A DNA stretch of 64,000 nt from Octopus vulgaris (taxonomy: Eukaryota): contig OX597816.1 in NCBI GenBank assembly GCA_951406725.2, positions 86,118,001 to 86,182,000 of the forward strand. Reading direction: 5' to 3'. The position numbers were made by a program, and so were the translations under genes. The notes below the pieces were generated by a model, which searched no databases, was not told the origin of the DNA, and was given only the letters and a program-made list of their open reading frames with translations. Positions 1-16,049 of this stretch are shown here, in pieces (the stretch's first letter is position 1; each line of letters opens with the position of its first letter).

Positions 1-428
1 CCTTTGTGTAACGTGCTGCAATATTCCATGCTGGCAACGTATCATTCCTGGCTAGTAGCCATCTACGTTCAGGTTGATATAGATCCCAACTCGCCCTGTA
101 GTGTTAAAATTTATCCAGCAGGAGAACGTTTTACGCACACTAAATTGCACTATCGAGCCATGCACCGAGAATCTTCCGAGCTAAAAAAAGTAGACTAAAT
201 AAGGTTTTAGGAAGTTTGACTTGAAAATGCATTCAAAAAGCTTTCATCACTTGATTAAAATTATTATTAGCTTTCTCAATTTCATCAGCTGAGAATTCTG
301 TCAAATATAGCTATAGTTTGGCAAAGCCGCTCAATTTCAGTACACAACCACTCCCAGTGACAGCTAACATGAACAAGAAAAACAGCAGCAACAACAAGAA
401 AAGCAGCAACAGCAACAACAGCAACAGT

Positions 429-612
429 GGAGGCGCAATAGCCAAGTGGTTAGGGCAGCGGACTCACGGTCGTAAGAACGCGGTTACGTTCCCAGACCGG
501 GCATTGTGAGTATTTATTGAGCAAAAGCAACTAAGCTCCTACGTGGCGCCGGCGGGGGGTGGGGGTGGTGTTGAAACCCGCTGTACTCTTTCACCATAAC
601 TTTCTCTCCCTA
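429..612 (+). mobile_element. tRNA-derived SINE, family A
   Basis: Head GGAGGCGCAATAGCCAAGTGGTTAGGGCAGCGGACTCACGGTCG with A-box-like and degenerate B-box motifs; colinear with the copy at 23340. Confidence 0.8.
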
Positions 613-812
613 GTATGCATTGTGAATCCTCTGTACCCCAGGATGGTTCAGCTTTCCACCCGTTAAAAGGCACCGTTTACGGAAAGAGGATAACAAACTA
701 GTTTTCGCACCCGTGCAACCGCCAGTCTATAGTTTGTGGTTGGTGAATCTTCAAGTTGCCACATGCATTCTTGGTAGCTTAGAGTAGGCTCGAATTAGAA
801 ATTGTTCTTTGT

Positions 813-816
813 GGAA

Positions 817-863
<47 letters not shown>

Positions 864-887
864 AGAAGAAGAAAAAGAAGAAGAAGA
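813..887. repeat. (GAA)n microsatellite
   Basis: Directly visible; source of the poly-K/poly-F ORFs. Confidence 0.95.
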
Positions 888-1669
888 ACAACAATAGCAA
901 CGACATCAACAGCAACAACAACAGAATGAACACGACGGACTATTTAACATGCAAGAACATTGCTATGAAAATTACTCAAAAATATCCGATGAATCCGGAG
1001 AAAGAAAGCAAGAAGTGACGAGATGCTGCGAACAGGACGTTGTAGACACTATTTTTTGATATTCATTTCGTGTATATAATATATTAAAATTGTTTACAGA
1101 TTCTAAATTCGCGGCCATCGAAAAAGAGTTCATATGAACACCTCACTGCACCCACCATCACTAGCAACAAGTTCAAAAATGGCAGATAAGTGAAATATAT
1201 TTGCACCGAACTTCCTTAAACAGAGCACGCGTACTTGAAATTTAATACAAATCATATTGATACTGACTCGTGCAAAATTCTTCAGCTACAGCAGGTACGA
1301 TTAAACGGCGGAAATTTTGACGGTCAATTTCAAGTCTCACTGCACAAATGGACACGAGAGTATAGTGTCCATATATAGAGTATATTCTAGATCCATAATT
1401 TGCTGGGGAACTCCACCCACAAAAGATTGCTATGCAAGTAGCGTACGTAGATCAATCTCACCTAAATTAAAATACATTCTTGATATGGAGGATTTAAAAT
1501 CAGCACTACCCAACTTGATTTGAGAGGAGGGGATATCAAGGTAATAGTAGAAATCTAAGGGTTTATAGAAGGCAATGTTTTTTGCGAATACAGTAGGGGC
1601 GGGATATCGTTTCCTATAGACGCCTGTTACATCAGAGCAAAGATAACTATCGTAGCAGTTATCTATATC

Positions 1670-1902
<233 letters not shown>

Positions 1903-2268
1903 TCTATATATGCATTTGTTTTTTATCAGCATTCGTTAAGCGAACACATTTTACACCACTTATTATTTACGCAGCCTGCTCAATATATCTCACAGAAATT
2001 TTCATTTTGAAATGGAATAGCAGAGCTTATAGAGCTTGGAGTAAATATCAGTAACATTTATATACACAGCCATTTATCACTTTCCTTCCAATTTTTGAAG
2101 AAACAAAATACAAGTCGAAATATGGCAGCTCAGAATATAAATATAAAACATAGTCAACGGTTCAGTATATTTAGATACAAAAACCTATTACAATACCATT
2201 TCTCATTCGTTTTATTCGTACGTGTCTTATATACATATGTATATATGTAAGATAAAAGTGTAGTATAT

Positions 2269-2299
<31 letters not shown>

Positions 2300-2300
2300 C

Positions 2301-2338
<38 letters not shown>

Positions 2339-2644
2339 AGGAAAATTGTCTCGTCAAAAAAATCAAAATGTCGTATATTACACCATCTTGTCTAGTGCAT
2401 CAATAAAGCAAACTTATGATTTATTTATATCTATAAACATTTGCAATTAAAGGGTGAAACTGTTTAACTTGAGTTAATTTACTTGGGTGAACATTTCTGC
2501 TGTAAGGTTAATGTAGGTTTTCGTATCAATCAAATTCGGCGAGCGGTACACCTCGCATTCTCACACATAAGCCCATAACAAAGCACACACGGAGAGTCAT
2601 GAATGTATGTATACTTGTGTTTACATTTATATATTTTTATGTAT

Positions 2645-2711
<67 letters not shown>

Positions 2712-3399
2712 TGTATGTATGTATGTATGTATGTATGTATGTATGCATGTATGTATGTATATATATATATCTTTATGTATGTATGTATGTATATATATAT
2801 ATTTATATACGTGTCTAAATATGAATATATATATATATATAGTATAAATACTTATTTATTGATGGTAGTGTGTATATGTGTGTGTATGTATTTATGTATG
2901 AAATGTATTTGTGTGTCGATTCTGTGTCCGTCAATATATGATTTTATGCGCCAAAGAATACATATATTTATGTAGACATATACTTGTAATGTTGTTATGG
3001 CGATGCTCGTTTGTCTAGAAATGTCTGTGAATATTAGTCACTGTATGTATCTGTACGTTTAGAAGAAAATATAGGAATGATAAATATACTAATTCGCAGA
3101 TATTGAAAAGCTAGAGTAAAAATATTGGATAATGAGAAAAAGTGAAAGAAGAGTAAAAGGACTAAAAGTGTGTAATGAAAATTTTTAAACAGCTGTCAAA
3201 GGTTTTCTTATTCATAATTGCACATTGTCACACATATTTGAAAAGCTCGTTTATCTTTAGAGAATAACATGTTCGCTGAACCTTTTTGAACAGTTCGTAG
3301 ATACGTAGTCGCACAAGTCAACATAATTTCGTGTATATGCATATAAATAGACATGATCATAAGAATATAAATTTTTTACTTCTACACACAGGCGAACAT

Positions 3400-3450
<51 letters not shown>

Positions 3451-3454
3451 TAGT

Positions 3455-3520
<66 letters not shown>

Positions 3521-5259
3521 CATATTCATGTCTCATTGCTCTATGATTCGATCTGACGATCGTGTCAAACAATTGACGAAAGAGGATAATTTAATATAAT
3601 ATATCACAACAATTTTGGGAAACGGATTTCGGACAGAAAGAAGAGTTAATGAAAAATATATTGAGGGAATGAGGATATTTTTTGGAGAAACCTAAACTAT
3701 TCCAAAGTAAAAGAATTTTATTATAAATTATGTTCAGAGGTGTGGAAATTAATTTAAACTATGAAGAGTTTACTCAATGTACAAATAAACAAAGAAGCCC
3801 AAGAAAGAAGAAAAAACAGATTTTCACAAAGTTAAAAGGATATTGTACAAAAGAAAGCTTTTTGAAATTGGGAAGAATTATAATGCATGAAGGTCATTCA
3901 AATATGTGTAAATATGCGAAACAACTGTGAAATATAGTTTTGAGAAGGCGATAACATCATAAATAAATTTGCTCGTCGTATTGATTATATGAACTGAAAT
4001 GCAAATAGCAACTATGATATACAACCTTTACACATTCTATAATAACATTACGAGTTGACAAAGCTATTTACACTTGAAGTTTTCAAATATAACATTGATT
4101 AGTCTCATCTACAAAAGCATATTTAGTTTTACTAAACATATACGAAAAATATATCTGGACTATAATTGAGAATTCATATCTATTTCAAACAGGGTAAAAA
4201 TAAGGGCAAAAATGTAGTTCTTTGGCATTTGAAGGCATAACTGTGTTTCGTCACTATTGATGAATTTTGATAAAATTACATCAAAGTCGAGAAAAGTAAT
4301 AACAGCCGCCAAACTAATATAAAGTCTTCAAACTGAAAATTCTGTCACATAGCAACACACAACCAGCCTGTGTGATATTCATAAGACAAACTATTACAAA
4401 TAAATACGTTCTATCACGGGCTGCAATAAAAATATAAATAAAAAAGGAATTGAAATGCAATCAAGTATAAATGTTGCCCTCATGACGGATTAAACACAGA
4501 ATATTTAACACTGCATGATATAACGGAGCCAATGATATGCAAAGTTTCATATTTTTAAAGCGATCCGTCATCAAAGGGATATATCCAACAAAAATCAATA
4601 CTGCAAAAGGTTACTAAATTAAGCTAAAAACAATTTAAATAAGTATATCTCTCCCGTCTCTGACAGAAAGTTCGTTTCTATCCATGATTATTCCTCCGTT
4701 AAATTCTTGATTTCTTTCTTTCTATTATTCTTCCTGAACTGATAACAATTAGCACTGTTTCTTTTCTTCTCGCATTCTACTCCTTAGAACAATACGAATG
4801 AATTAAGATACTAATTAAGATACAGTATATTAAGATACAGCTTATACGTTTTGATATACCGATCACTGTCTGTCGATAACAACTAAAATTTATTCCGCCT
4901 GCCGGCAAAATGCGACATTGTTGACATTTCAGTCCTTATTTAAATATATTTCCTAGCAGCTGATTATCGCTTAGTGAACAGTGCTACATATGAAGCTCAA
5001 AAATGTAGAAGTGCGTATTTAACAATGCTGCTAGCGCTACTGTGTAAAGTTCGCCTGCTGCTAATATATTTCAGTGTTTTTGATAAGAGGATGAGATTAT
5101 CGAGTGACTATGAATAAGTGATGCTAAAGGTATGATGTGCATGCAATAATTTCAAACCTTCCTATCAATAACCACACCATTTTTGTTGTTCTTTTTCGAG
5201 ATAAATTGACATCTGACTCTTCAAAGAAGATTTGAATAGTAACTGGTAGCGAATTCTCT

Positions 5260-5545
5260 TGAAAATAGACAAAATTTGGCATCGTGTTGGTTTCAAGTAC
5301 CTGTAGAAAAAGGGTTTAGCTCTCGAAGGCATTGATATGGGAATGGCTGTTACATTTGGGGATGACTCACCAGCTTTATCAACAGTGCAAAATTGAGCAG
5401 CTGAATTTAGGAGTGTATTCTTGAAGATGGCCCAAGTTATGGATGCCCTGCAGCTGCCATCACCAAGGAAAACTTATGTTAATGGAGGACAGGCTATTGA
5501 GCATAATTCAAATAGTCAATACAAGTAGTATATCCTGTGAGATAT
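5260..5545 (+). mobile_element. Mariner transposase N-terminal (HTH) relic
   Basis: Manual translation through stops and frameshifts: DKIWHR..KYL*KKGL..GDDSPALSTVQN*AAEFR..LEDGPSYGCP..MEDRLLSIIQI, typical of the mariner N-terminus. Confidence 0.75.
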
Positions 5546-5749
5546 TCTTCTATTATTTTACTTGTTCCTGTCATTACACTGCAGCCATGCAGTTGAGAAT
5601 AGTTGAGAAAATCCTATGAGCTTTCAAATCGAACCTCATAATATAGGTCGTGGGAGATGCTTTCACGGGATGAAAATACTAGTTTAGAAGGCACTCAACA
5701 GACTATATGCTTTAACTATGATATACAGATCGGTAACATGTACTTACGT

Positions 5750-5876
5750 ATATGTCATCATTCAGTTTTATTTCAATATTTCTTGATAATAGAGTAAGAA
5801 CCGCTTTCTAACCTACATCCAAGGCTCCTTCACTGGAATTTCAGCATCAGCAACTGAGTATTTTTGTATGCAATAT
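5750..5876 (-). mobile_element. 3' UTR fragment of the RLE-LINE family seen at 30.8-32 kb
   Basis: Reverse complement matches 31880-31990 (GAAATTCCA..GGAGCCTTGGAT.TAGGTTAGAAA); abuts (TATG)n. Confidence 0.75.
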
Positions 5877-6200
5877 GTATGTATGTATGATTTTTCTTCG
5901 AGTTTTGATAAAGAGATTTTTGAAAGAGCTCAAGCTGATCACTAAGAAAGCAACCAGCTTTTGAGTAGAGAGCGTTAATATGTGGTTGAGGTGGTGTGTT
6001 ATTTGAATGTTCGATTTATGCACCTAAGTGTGTGCATCTATTCAAATAAGAGTTTCACATGAAGAAGTATTGAAATGTCTTACACATACATTTTAACAGT
6101 GCCGTTAACACACTGGATCTGGAAAATCTGCATCTGTTTTCTTTTTTGCTCTTTATCCATGAAAACGAGTACTTCCAGATTTCAGAGCAACTTTTTATGC

Positions 6201-6204
<4 letters not shown>

Positions 6205-6233
<29 letters not shown>

Positions 6234-6329
6234 TGTATGTATGTATGTATGTATGTATGTATGTATGTATGTATGTATGTATGTATGTATGTATGTATGT
6301 ATGTATGTATGTACGTATGTATGTATGTA
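6205..6329. repeat. (TATG)n microsatellite
   Basis: Directly visible. Similar arrays at about 2683-2760, 31742-32160 and 58700-58987. Confidence 0.95.
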
Positions 6330-7485
6330 GGAACCTAATTCGTGTTTCATAGAGTTATGCATAAGTATCCGCTGTTACTAAATTCCCTTCGCCAGTCATG
6401 TGCTTGTGAGCATAGTACAGTCCTACTGAACGGAAAACTAATGTAGAAGTGATTACTACATTAAGCATTAATCCCTCAGTTCCTGCTCACCGAAGTATGA
6501 CAGCAGAAAGTTCGAGAACGCCCGTCTGCTATAAACACAAAAATGCACACATACGTATATATACATACGCGTAGGCATCGTAAGGTAAGAGTGGTAAACT
6601 ATAGTAAATTATATTTTCTATAGTGTAAAAATTGTCTTATATGCTACTCATCACGTAGGTTAATGTAAAAACAGTGCGTATATTAAATCAAAAGATGGCA
6701 ATCTACTGTCAGTTTTGCCAAAACTTGAGCTGTTTGTCTTGGTTGTCACAAGCGTAACTGGAAGCAAAAGCCAAAGTTAATTGTCATACTTTGAAGTAGT
6801 AAGAACGTTTGATGAGGGGTGAAACAAGAAAGTGCGTAGGGGGAGAAAAGAGGAATTTATATACTAAAAAGAAGATAGTCATATAGCACTCTGATACGTT
6901 CATTGAAATGAGGGTAAGTTTTAATAACTGCAATTTCCTGGAATATTCATTTCATTGTGCAACAGAAAACCGGAAAACATGAATGTATTAAACATTTGGA
7001 GCAGATTACGATTGTAATGTATCTTTAAATAAATGTGACTTTTTCTGTATCTGAGAGCATTATAATCATTAAGAATACAGAACTAAGTATAAAGATACTT
7101 TTCCTTGAAATTCATTAGCGTACAGTTTATATTTTGTCAATCGTTTAACAACTAAATGTGTCTTAATACTTCTGAAATGCCTATGCTGTCTCCTATCGTA
7201 CATCTACTGTGCATGTATTTTGCATTTATTCTTTATCAATGTTTTGGTGTCATCAGAAGTGTAATGAACTGTATTACCCATTTTGCAAATTAGAAGTCTG
7301 AGGACTTGTATGGTTGTATATGTATATATGTATATATTTATGTATAAATGCATGTACGTATGTGTGCATGCATATGTGAATGTATACATACATATGCATT
7401 TATGAATGTATATATATATATATGTATGTATGTGTGTGTGTATGTTTATATATATTGACATATAAATATATACAAATATATATCT

Positions 7486-7560
<75 letters not shown>

Positions 7561-8321
7561 ATTGTATATATGCGTCTATCTATGTATATATCTAATTGTG
7601 CACACGTTTCTGATATTCTTTGTGAATGTGTGCGATATTGTTTCATTATTATATGAGAAAGAAGAGTATGTTACAAGAAGAATAACAAATAATATTTCCG
7701 GAAAATGTTTCTTCTTTACTCGCTATTATAAAAATATCATACAGAAAACACACGTTTACTTTAATTTTTGTTTTCTATTGATATTTCTTCACGCATAAAC
7801 GCATATAACATTTTCTCAATATCATCCATAGCTCTCACATATGCTAGTTCTACTGCTTTTCTTACTCTTTCTTCGAGGCTCTTAATTTCACTTTCTGTTT
7901 TTCACGCATACCTTTTTTGTTTCTTTTTTTTCTTTCACTGCGTGTTTTTTTGCCTCAATCACTCCATTACACTCGATCATTAATTTCAGCATGTTTGAAA
8001 ACACAAAACAAATCTAAACAAATAATTAGATGACTAAACCCTACTTTATATTCGTTTCAAATATTGACACGAACCAGAAAAGTATTATGAAGAGAAAAAC
8101 GTATTATTTGGTAACTTACTTCATATATATATATATATTATATATACAGAGAGTGAGAGAGAGAGAGAGATATATGCATATGTTCGTACATATACGTATA
8201 TATATGTATAAACATGTGTATTTATATATACATATACACATACATATATATAAATATTTATAGAAACACACACACAATATATATATATGCACACATGCAT
8301 GCATACATGCATGTATATATT

Positions 8322-8380
<59 letters not shown>

Positions 8381-8829
8381 ATATGTACATGTACACATGC
8401 ACGTATATGTTATTGATGTATAGATTTGTTTTGGATTTTTCATAAAGTCTTTGTCCTGTGTTGCCGTTGTTGTCGTCACAACTGGTTTTTCTGACCACAT
8501 TTATTGTTTTTCTTTCCATTTTGATCTCCGAGATTATTTTTTCAGGAACATGAATATGCATATTTATGATGAATGACATGCCTCGTCACGAATCTTCTAC
8601 CTCTGTGTCTATATTTATGTATTCTAATAGATTTAACTCCCATTTTTCTCTTTATGTTACATTTCTGTCTTTACTTTCCTGATTTCTCCCCTCTCGTTTT
8701 CCAGTATACGCATATGTGCTATATGCTTATTTGTATATATTAATATGCACCTCACTTACATGAGCTTATATATCTGCTCATATTCGCACATATATGCAAT
8801 ATATAGACCTATGTACTAACAGTTATGAC

Positions 8830-8864
<35 letters not shown>

Positions 8865-9204
8865 CATACATATAAATATATACATATATATATATATATA
8901 TATACATACATATAAATATATACATATATATATATATACACATACATATAAATATATACATACATATACATAAATATTTACAAATACATACGTATGTATA
9001 TATGTATATACAGATATATGCACATATGTAAGGATGTAGATTTTAAGGGATGTATAAATGTGATTAAAAACAGCATTGTAGGAATAGCAACAAGAGAAAT
9101 GAACAAATAAAACATAAGAAATATAAGTTGAAATAGCGGAAGCAAAATAACCTACGCAGGAATTGTGCATGTATATGCATATACATATGTACGTACGTAT
9201 ACAC

Positions 9205-9310
<106 letters not shown>

Positions 9311-9682
9311 ACGTATCTGTACATACATATAAATACATATATACATATATATACACATGCATTTATACGTATATATATATATATATATATGAATTTATAT
9401 TTATATATATGTACGTATTTACACACACATACATGTGTGTATCTGTGAGTGTGTGCTGTTTGAGTGTGTGCTGTGTGAGTGTGTGCGTGCTTATGTGTAT
9501 GTGTATATATAAATATAAATATAGTTATATGTATATAGTTATCTATTTATATGTACTTAGGTATATATAAATAAGTTTGCATATATGTATGTATGTATCT
9601 ATCTATACGTATGTATATATATATAAATATATACTGATCTATATATACATATATAGATATATATGTATGTATGTATATATAA

Positions 9683-9725
<43 letters not shown>

Positions 9726-9752
9726 TATGAATATTTATCTATCTATCTATAT

Positions 9753-9823
<71 letters not shown>

Positions 9824-11864
9824 TGTGTGTATATATTCTTCCATTCCTACTCTTCTAATTTTTTTGTTTTCCTTTGTCTTTTATACTCAGTGTTTTTGTT
9901 CGCATATTTCATGTACTTGATTTGTGTTTGTTGTATTCTTTCATCACACATATTTTCCTGACCGAAAGCTGTGTACTAAAGGATAAATCTATAAGTCGCT
10001 TTTAACAAATATAACAGCATGTGATGTTCTTATGCATGTTTTTGTCGCTTTTACTTTGTGTGTTGTATGAATGCTTTCACAATGTATCAACATCACAAGA
10101 TCCAATCGTGACACATTGTTCATCACTAAAGGGGAGCAACGTGTCTTTTGTATGATGTTTTGTGTAAATGCGTGTCTGCAGTTTATATTCTATTTTTATG
10201 TAGCTTTGCTCTTCTTTTTTTCAAAATTCGGGTGATTTTCTGTGCTTATTATATATACATATTTATGTATAGGCATATATTTGTCTTTCGTGTTTATAAA
10301 ATTGCCTCCATTATTTTCTTGTTATTTCTTATTGGTTATATTTATATTTCATATTTCTTTTCAATTCAATGTTGTCGAATTTTCTCTGTTAGCATTACAA
10401 CGTTATAATATCTTCGGAATCACATGTTCTGCGCATATTTAAATCATTCTTAATGGTTTTAATAATAAAAAAAGCTAAGTAAACTCGTAGAAAAAGTATA
10501 ATAAATCATTTAAAATATAGCATAATAAAGCGCAGTACTTCCCACACATAATCGGTTATTACGTACGATTTTTACGATCAATTACAATGTCTGTATGTAT
10601 AAATATATACAAAACAGCTCACACATGCATATATATATATATATGCGCGCGTGTGTGTGTGTGTGTGCATGTGTGTTTGTTTATCATAGCTGTGGTTTCC
10701 TTGCAAATATTGCTTCATATCATGTAGCACATTCTCCCTAATTGCTTTGGTGTCTATGCATTCAATATCAGGTATAAGACATAGGAGCACTCTTGCCTTA
10801 CAAATTTGATGAAGTTATATAGACCGCTTACTCAAGAACATTTTCATTGAGGGTTTCAGAAAACTGGACCCTACCCGCTCGCACGTATATAGATATACGA
10901 ACACTGTCATGGACACACATACACATAACATAAATATTATATACACTTATACATGTAAATTAGCTTTCATACATGTTATACATTTAATACACCTAAGACA
11001 AATGAATTTATTGAACTTTTACAGAAACTAAATTTCGTAGTATTTCAAAAAGTTTTTTCTAACAATCTGTAGCATCCTACTGTGGTTTAAAATACATCTC
11101 GCTGAACATTCTTAGTATATAAAAGACAACAGTTTATTCTGCGTTGCTGAACATAATTCCATGTAATTACTTTTTTCCATGTGAATACACAATTCATTTT
11201 ATGTGCACAAGAACTGAGTAACGTATATCCAACTGCTATGTCGCATACACGTTGGATATACATGATCTTATTGTCACTTAATCCAACATGTATATATTTC
11301 ACTTAGTCAATGAAATCAATAAATAATATATATCAGTGATAATTACTTTATTTCTCCATATTGATTCCTTAAACTTACATAATATTTAATGTTTCGAAGT
11401 GCTCTGACATTGTTCATTTTTAGAAGTTACTCTAGCTTTTCTGAATATAGGACAGGCCTCTTTATTACTGACTTCTATTAGTAATTTGATATAATATTGT
11501 GAGCTATTATGAAGTATTCCTAAAATTTCCAATTATTGGAAATGATTTGATTGTAGCATCTTTACTTTATATTGTTTTCCTTGTTGGAAGTGTATAATAT
11601 TCTGCTATGTTTTCGAAAATATACATATTTTCTGCAATCCAAGAAATCTAAATATTTGTGCTAAACTATTGTAAATTACTTTTTTCTTCTTGAAATGAGT
11701 GATCCTAAATCCAACTAAGATTTTACTGTGAAATGGTATCATCAGAAACATTTCAACCAAAAGAATCTCATCCTATTTTGTCTTTTAAAACCGTAGCTCG
11801 GAGTACATGTGTAAACGAATGGCCGGATGGATTGTGAGAAAGTACAGAAAAAAGGGATCAAGAA

Positions 11865-12452
11865 AACTATGCTGGTCTATGGTGGACATTGGACTCAGAC
11901 ATCTGGACTACTGTTCAGAACTGAGGTCATCCCCACGGTCAAATTAATAGCAGAACTTGAGGAGGTTCAGCTGTGCTACACCAGGAAAATAGCATCAATG
12001 TAACAGATGAGCTACTGGTGCGAAGAGAGGAGAGGAGAAAGTGATATTCGCATGGAATATCCTGGAGGAGTTGGCACCAAACTTTGTCATCAAGGACTTT
12101 ACTAATCTAAGAGCAGAACGTCATTGCAATGTTCCAAACGTTCCAGTTATGCCGTCTAAATTGAGGACTATGTACTACTGTAGCTTGGGATTAAATATCA
12201 CACAGCTATATAATGCTTTTCAAAATATCTGAGGGATCTTCATGGAGTAGGGGGTAGATGTTTACCAGGAAAAATGTGATCACCTGCTTTTTAAGATCTC
12301 AGATGACCAGATATCAAGTCAAAAGAGTGCAGTTGTGTAGAACTCCGTCTTTCACCAAACACCAATCGCATAGCAATAACCACTGAAAAGGTGATCATAC
12401 TTGCAGTGCTCCAGCATAGCTGCAGCCTTTGGGCTCGAACAGATAAAAAAAA
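11865..12452 (+). mobile_element. CR1-group LINE 3' relic with tail
   Basis: Translates to HLDYCS..KLIAELEEVQLCYTRKI..MSYW..IFAWNILEELAPN, homologous to the ORF2 C-terminus at 37580-37800; ends GTGCTCCAGCATAGCTGCAGCC. Confidence 0.75.
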
Positions 12453-12486
12453 ATATAAGATATATATATATATATGTGTGTATATG

Positions 12487-12579
<93 letters not shown>

Positions 12580-12775
12580 TTCTCTACCATTTACGGATTC
12601 ATTTGGATACTTACCCTCCGGCTGCACCTCTCCTACACACGGATCACAGTGGACTCTACCCTTGATGAGAAATCCTTGCAATACACCACGACGTTTAAAA
12701 GCTTTTGAACTTTAGGTAAAACTGCTGCAATTATTGTCATTACTTTATTTCTATCTCCTTGCTTTTTCTGTGTCC

Positions 12776-12900
12776 CTTTCTGTAGAAGAGCGTAGGCTCG
12801 AAACTTAAAAGACTTTTTCTATTCCTGAGCGTTATACTAATACATATGTTTGTTTTGTACACCACCTGTCCTCGTTTTTTGTTATTTTCGTAAACCCTCC
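12776..12900 (+). mobile_element. Penelope pLTR-like repeat with a minimal hammerhead-like motif
   Basis: CTTT-CTGTAGA-A-GAGC(GTAG)GCTC-GAAAC-TTA-AAAG: stems I and II pair; the core deviates from CUGANGA/GUH. Related decayed copy at about 54820-54925. Confidence 0.55.
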
Positions 12901-12942
<42 letters not shown>

Positions 12943-13351
12943 GGTATGTGAATTGCACGTGGTTGAATATACCAGGAAAGGAATAAGAGGAAAAACGGAA
13001 CATTTAAGCCAGAATTAAATTATAAACCCATAATTCTATTACGTATAAGAAGTAGAAGTGATATAAATATATTTTGGGGTTGATGTTACTGTAGCCTGTA
13101 GCTACAGAAAGACATCTCCTCCAACTGGATATTGCCACACTATCTGTGCCCTATCAGTATTTGCAAAGGGAAGATATCGTTCCCATTTCCAGCCTGAGTT
13201 GATACACAGCCTGAGGTGATACACTGAGTTTCCGGGTATTGATCCGTTACCAGCGTGTAACAACCACTGGTTGGCGATGGGAAATCATTATCTCTCTTTT
13301 TTTTTCTCTCTCTCTCTCTCTTTATATATATATATATATATATATATATTT

Positions 13352-13485
13352 AGTTGAATGAATTACCTTATTAAGGATAATTCGAAAGATAACCGATACC
13401 TGGGTAGCAAATTCACATCAGAAAGAACACGGTTGAACACGTCCCTAGGGCATAGACTACGTGCTTTCGTGCGGACATTTGTAAG
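13352..13485 (-). mobile_element. Solo fragment homologous to the 3' end of the Penelope element at 40360-40490
   Basis: Reverse complement shares CACGAAAGCACGT..TTCAACCGTGTT..GTGAATTTGCTACCC.GGTATCGGTTA..CATTCAAC. Confidence 0.75.
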
Positions 13486-13536
13486 TTTATTTTAAAAACA
13501 TAAGTTTATAAACTTATATTCTTTCATAAACTTATA

Positions 13537-13630
<94 letters not shown>

Positions 13631-14168
13631 TTTCCAGTGACGAAATATCACTGATCTCAAGAGAGTGGAAACAAGCAATAATAAATCTCTGAGTGAGGTA
13701 TAAACAGGAGCTGCACGACATTGTGAAGTATATTTGCCAAGAGGTTGTATTATCTTTCAACAAATCTATTCATATATAATGTTCTATTGCAATTCGATCA
13801 TCTTGGAATCCTATGTTAAAATGCATCATGTACAAAGCTGAAAACGAAGGAACTATAGACTGAAACCATTTGTTTAGTGAAAATCGAATTTGAACTATTA
13901 GCATATCTTCCACTATTTCTTCTTAAATTCAGAAATATATATTTGCTGGTTACTTAGAATTTAGGAAGTTCATTTTAAAATTATAGATCTGTGCTTGCAT
14001 TTATAGCGCATCCAAATTCTTCATTCTGACTTCAAACCTTGTCTAGAGAAATCTTACTGTTTTCAAAAATTAAAGTATATTATTTCCACTTCTTGTACGT
14101 AATATAATTATGGTTATTGTTTAATAGAAAATACATGTTTGTGTGTGTATGCACACTCACACACACAC

Positions 14169-14209
<41 letters not shown>

Positions 14210-14682
14210 ATGTATCGCTCTCTCTCCCTACGTATACATGTATATAACAGTCATATATATATATTTGTATCGCTCTGTATACACAGACCTGCAAACATAC
14301 GCATACACCTCACACACATGCGAGCACATTCACACACACACCCATTCACATACATACACATATATACGTCTAAAAACATAAACTAACATCAAGCAATGAG
14401 AAATAGTGCAAAACACCATATTGGTGGATAAATATTTTCTAGTTGTTGTTTAACAAGGCTACCGATAGTTTCATGCAGTTAGAAATCTCTCAACAATTAT
14501 TGAAGTAAAAACTGTTACTTTTGCATACAGGGGAAGAATGATCACTCTCTATTGTTTAAAATGTTCACTGTTCATATTATGACCATTTAGTTTACCGGTG
14601 ATACAGAGCTCATATTTTTGGACTGTACCCTTGTATTTCCTAAAATTATTTAAAATGTTTCAGTTTAAACAGGTGTCACTCA

Positions 14683-14733
<51 letters not shown>

Positions 14734-14734
14734 G

Positions 14735-14955
14735 TGTCCATAGCATATTGGAAAAGGTGTATGTCCTTTGGTCTTATCTCTGAACGAAGCCAGATGCTGC
14801 GTATATCTCTCTTGAAGGTGTTTCCCGATATTCCTATGCAGATTTTTGTTTTTCCGTTCAAGTACTTAACATCGACTTTCGACACTAATTCTTTTTCGAG
14901 ACGTCTATTGTCCAATGGACAGCAGTCCGGAAATATACCAAGAGAAAACACGGTG
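14735..14955 (-). mobile_element. Penelope GIY-YIG endonuclease relic
   Basis: ORF 14730-14951: CPLDNRRLEKELVSKVDV..KICIGISGNTFK, then after a frameshift RYTQHLASFR; a decayed CPL..VY..YIG..F..R..H pattern. Confidence 0.65.
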
Positions 14956-15281
14956 AGGTTCCATTAACAGAGTCAATGACTTCGAAACTGAAATGTGTTG
15001 ACTATAAAAATACAAAATTTGTAGTATATGAAGCCAGCAATTTAAAAATGTGAATGAGATCGCTATCTTTGTGTGCTGGCGTAAATGTTCAATCTAGATA
15101 CGATCGAGATACGATATGTAGATGTCCAAATTGACGCATTAGAGAAATCCAGTTGGTACTTTCCATATACCTGGAAATAGCTCAGCAGGTAAACGAGGGT
15201 TTTACAACCAGCTTTTCGACGAGTTTGCAACACACAATCCAACAAAATAACGTTCCTGTTAATCATTGGCATAAAAGAGTG

Positions 15282-15389
15282 AACCATCAGTGCCACTGCG
15301 TGGTACATTGGGCAAGTGTCTTCCACTATAGCCTAGGGTTGACTGAAGTCTTGGGAGTGAATTTGGTAGACGGAAACTACAAGCAGCTC

Positions 15390-15467
<78 letters not shown>

Positions 15468-15695
15468 ATGCGTGTGTGTGTGTGCGTGGGTGTGTATGCT
15501 TGTGTCAGTGTTTGTCCCCTACCATCGTTTGACAGCCGATGCTGGTTTACGTACCAGTAACATAGCGGTTCAACAATAGAGACCGATAAAATAAGTACTC
15601 GTCTTGCAAAGACTAAGTCCTGGGATCGATTTGCTTGACCAAAGCTGGTGCTCCAGCATGCCTGCAGTGAAATGAATGAAACAAAGAAAAGATAA
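15282..15695 (+). mobile_element. SINE family B, 5'-decayed, with internal (TA)n(TG)n
   Basis: Colinear with 54420-54752, including the tail GGTGCTCCAGCATG..CAGT.AAATGA.TGAAACAA. Confidence 0.85.
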
Positions 15696-16049
15696 ACACC
15701 TAAAGAAAACCGGCTTCTGTCAAAGCATGTTTCTTCACTGCTGTTTGTATCCAGTGTGTCGTTGTTGGCAAATGTTCCTTCTGTCAGTTTGCTCCACCCA
15801 CTTTTTGGCTGGTATAAATTTCTCTCTTTTATATTTACATTTTTGTATATTATATATTATCATTTTTTTTCTTCCCCTCATATATTTCATGATGATGGAC
15901 TTTGACGTTGTTGAACAATCAATCCCAACTAGTCAGGATTAATAGCATGGATTGTACTCTTGATCCTTTTGATCACTGAAATCAAAACGTTAGTTACATA
16001 ACCCCCGTTCGGGTGAATTTTTTGAGTTAAAGTTCACCCTCGCACTTTA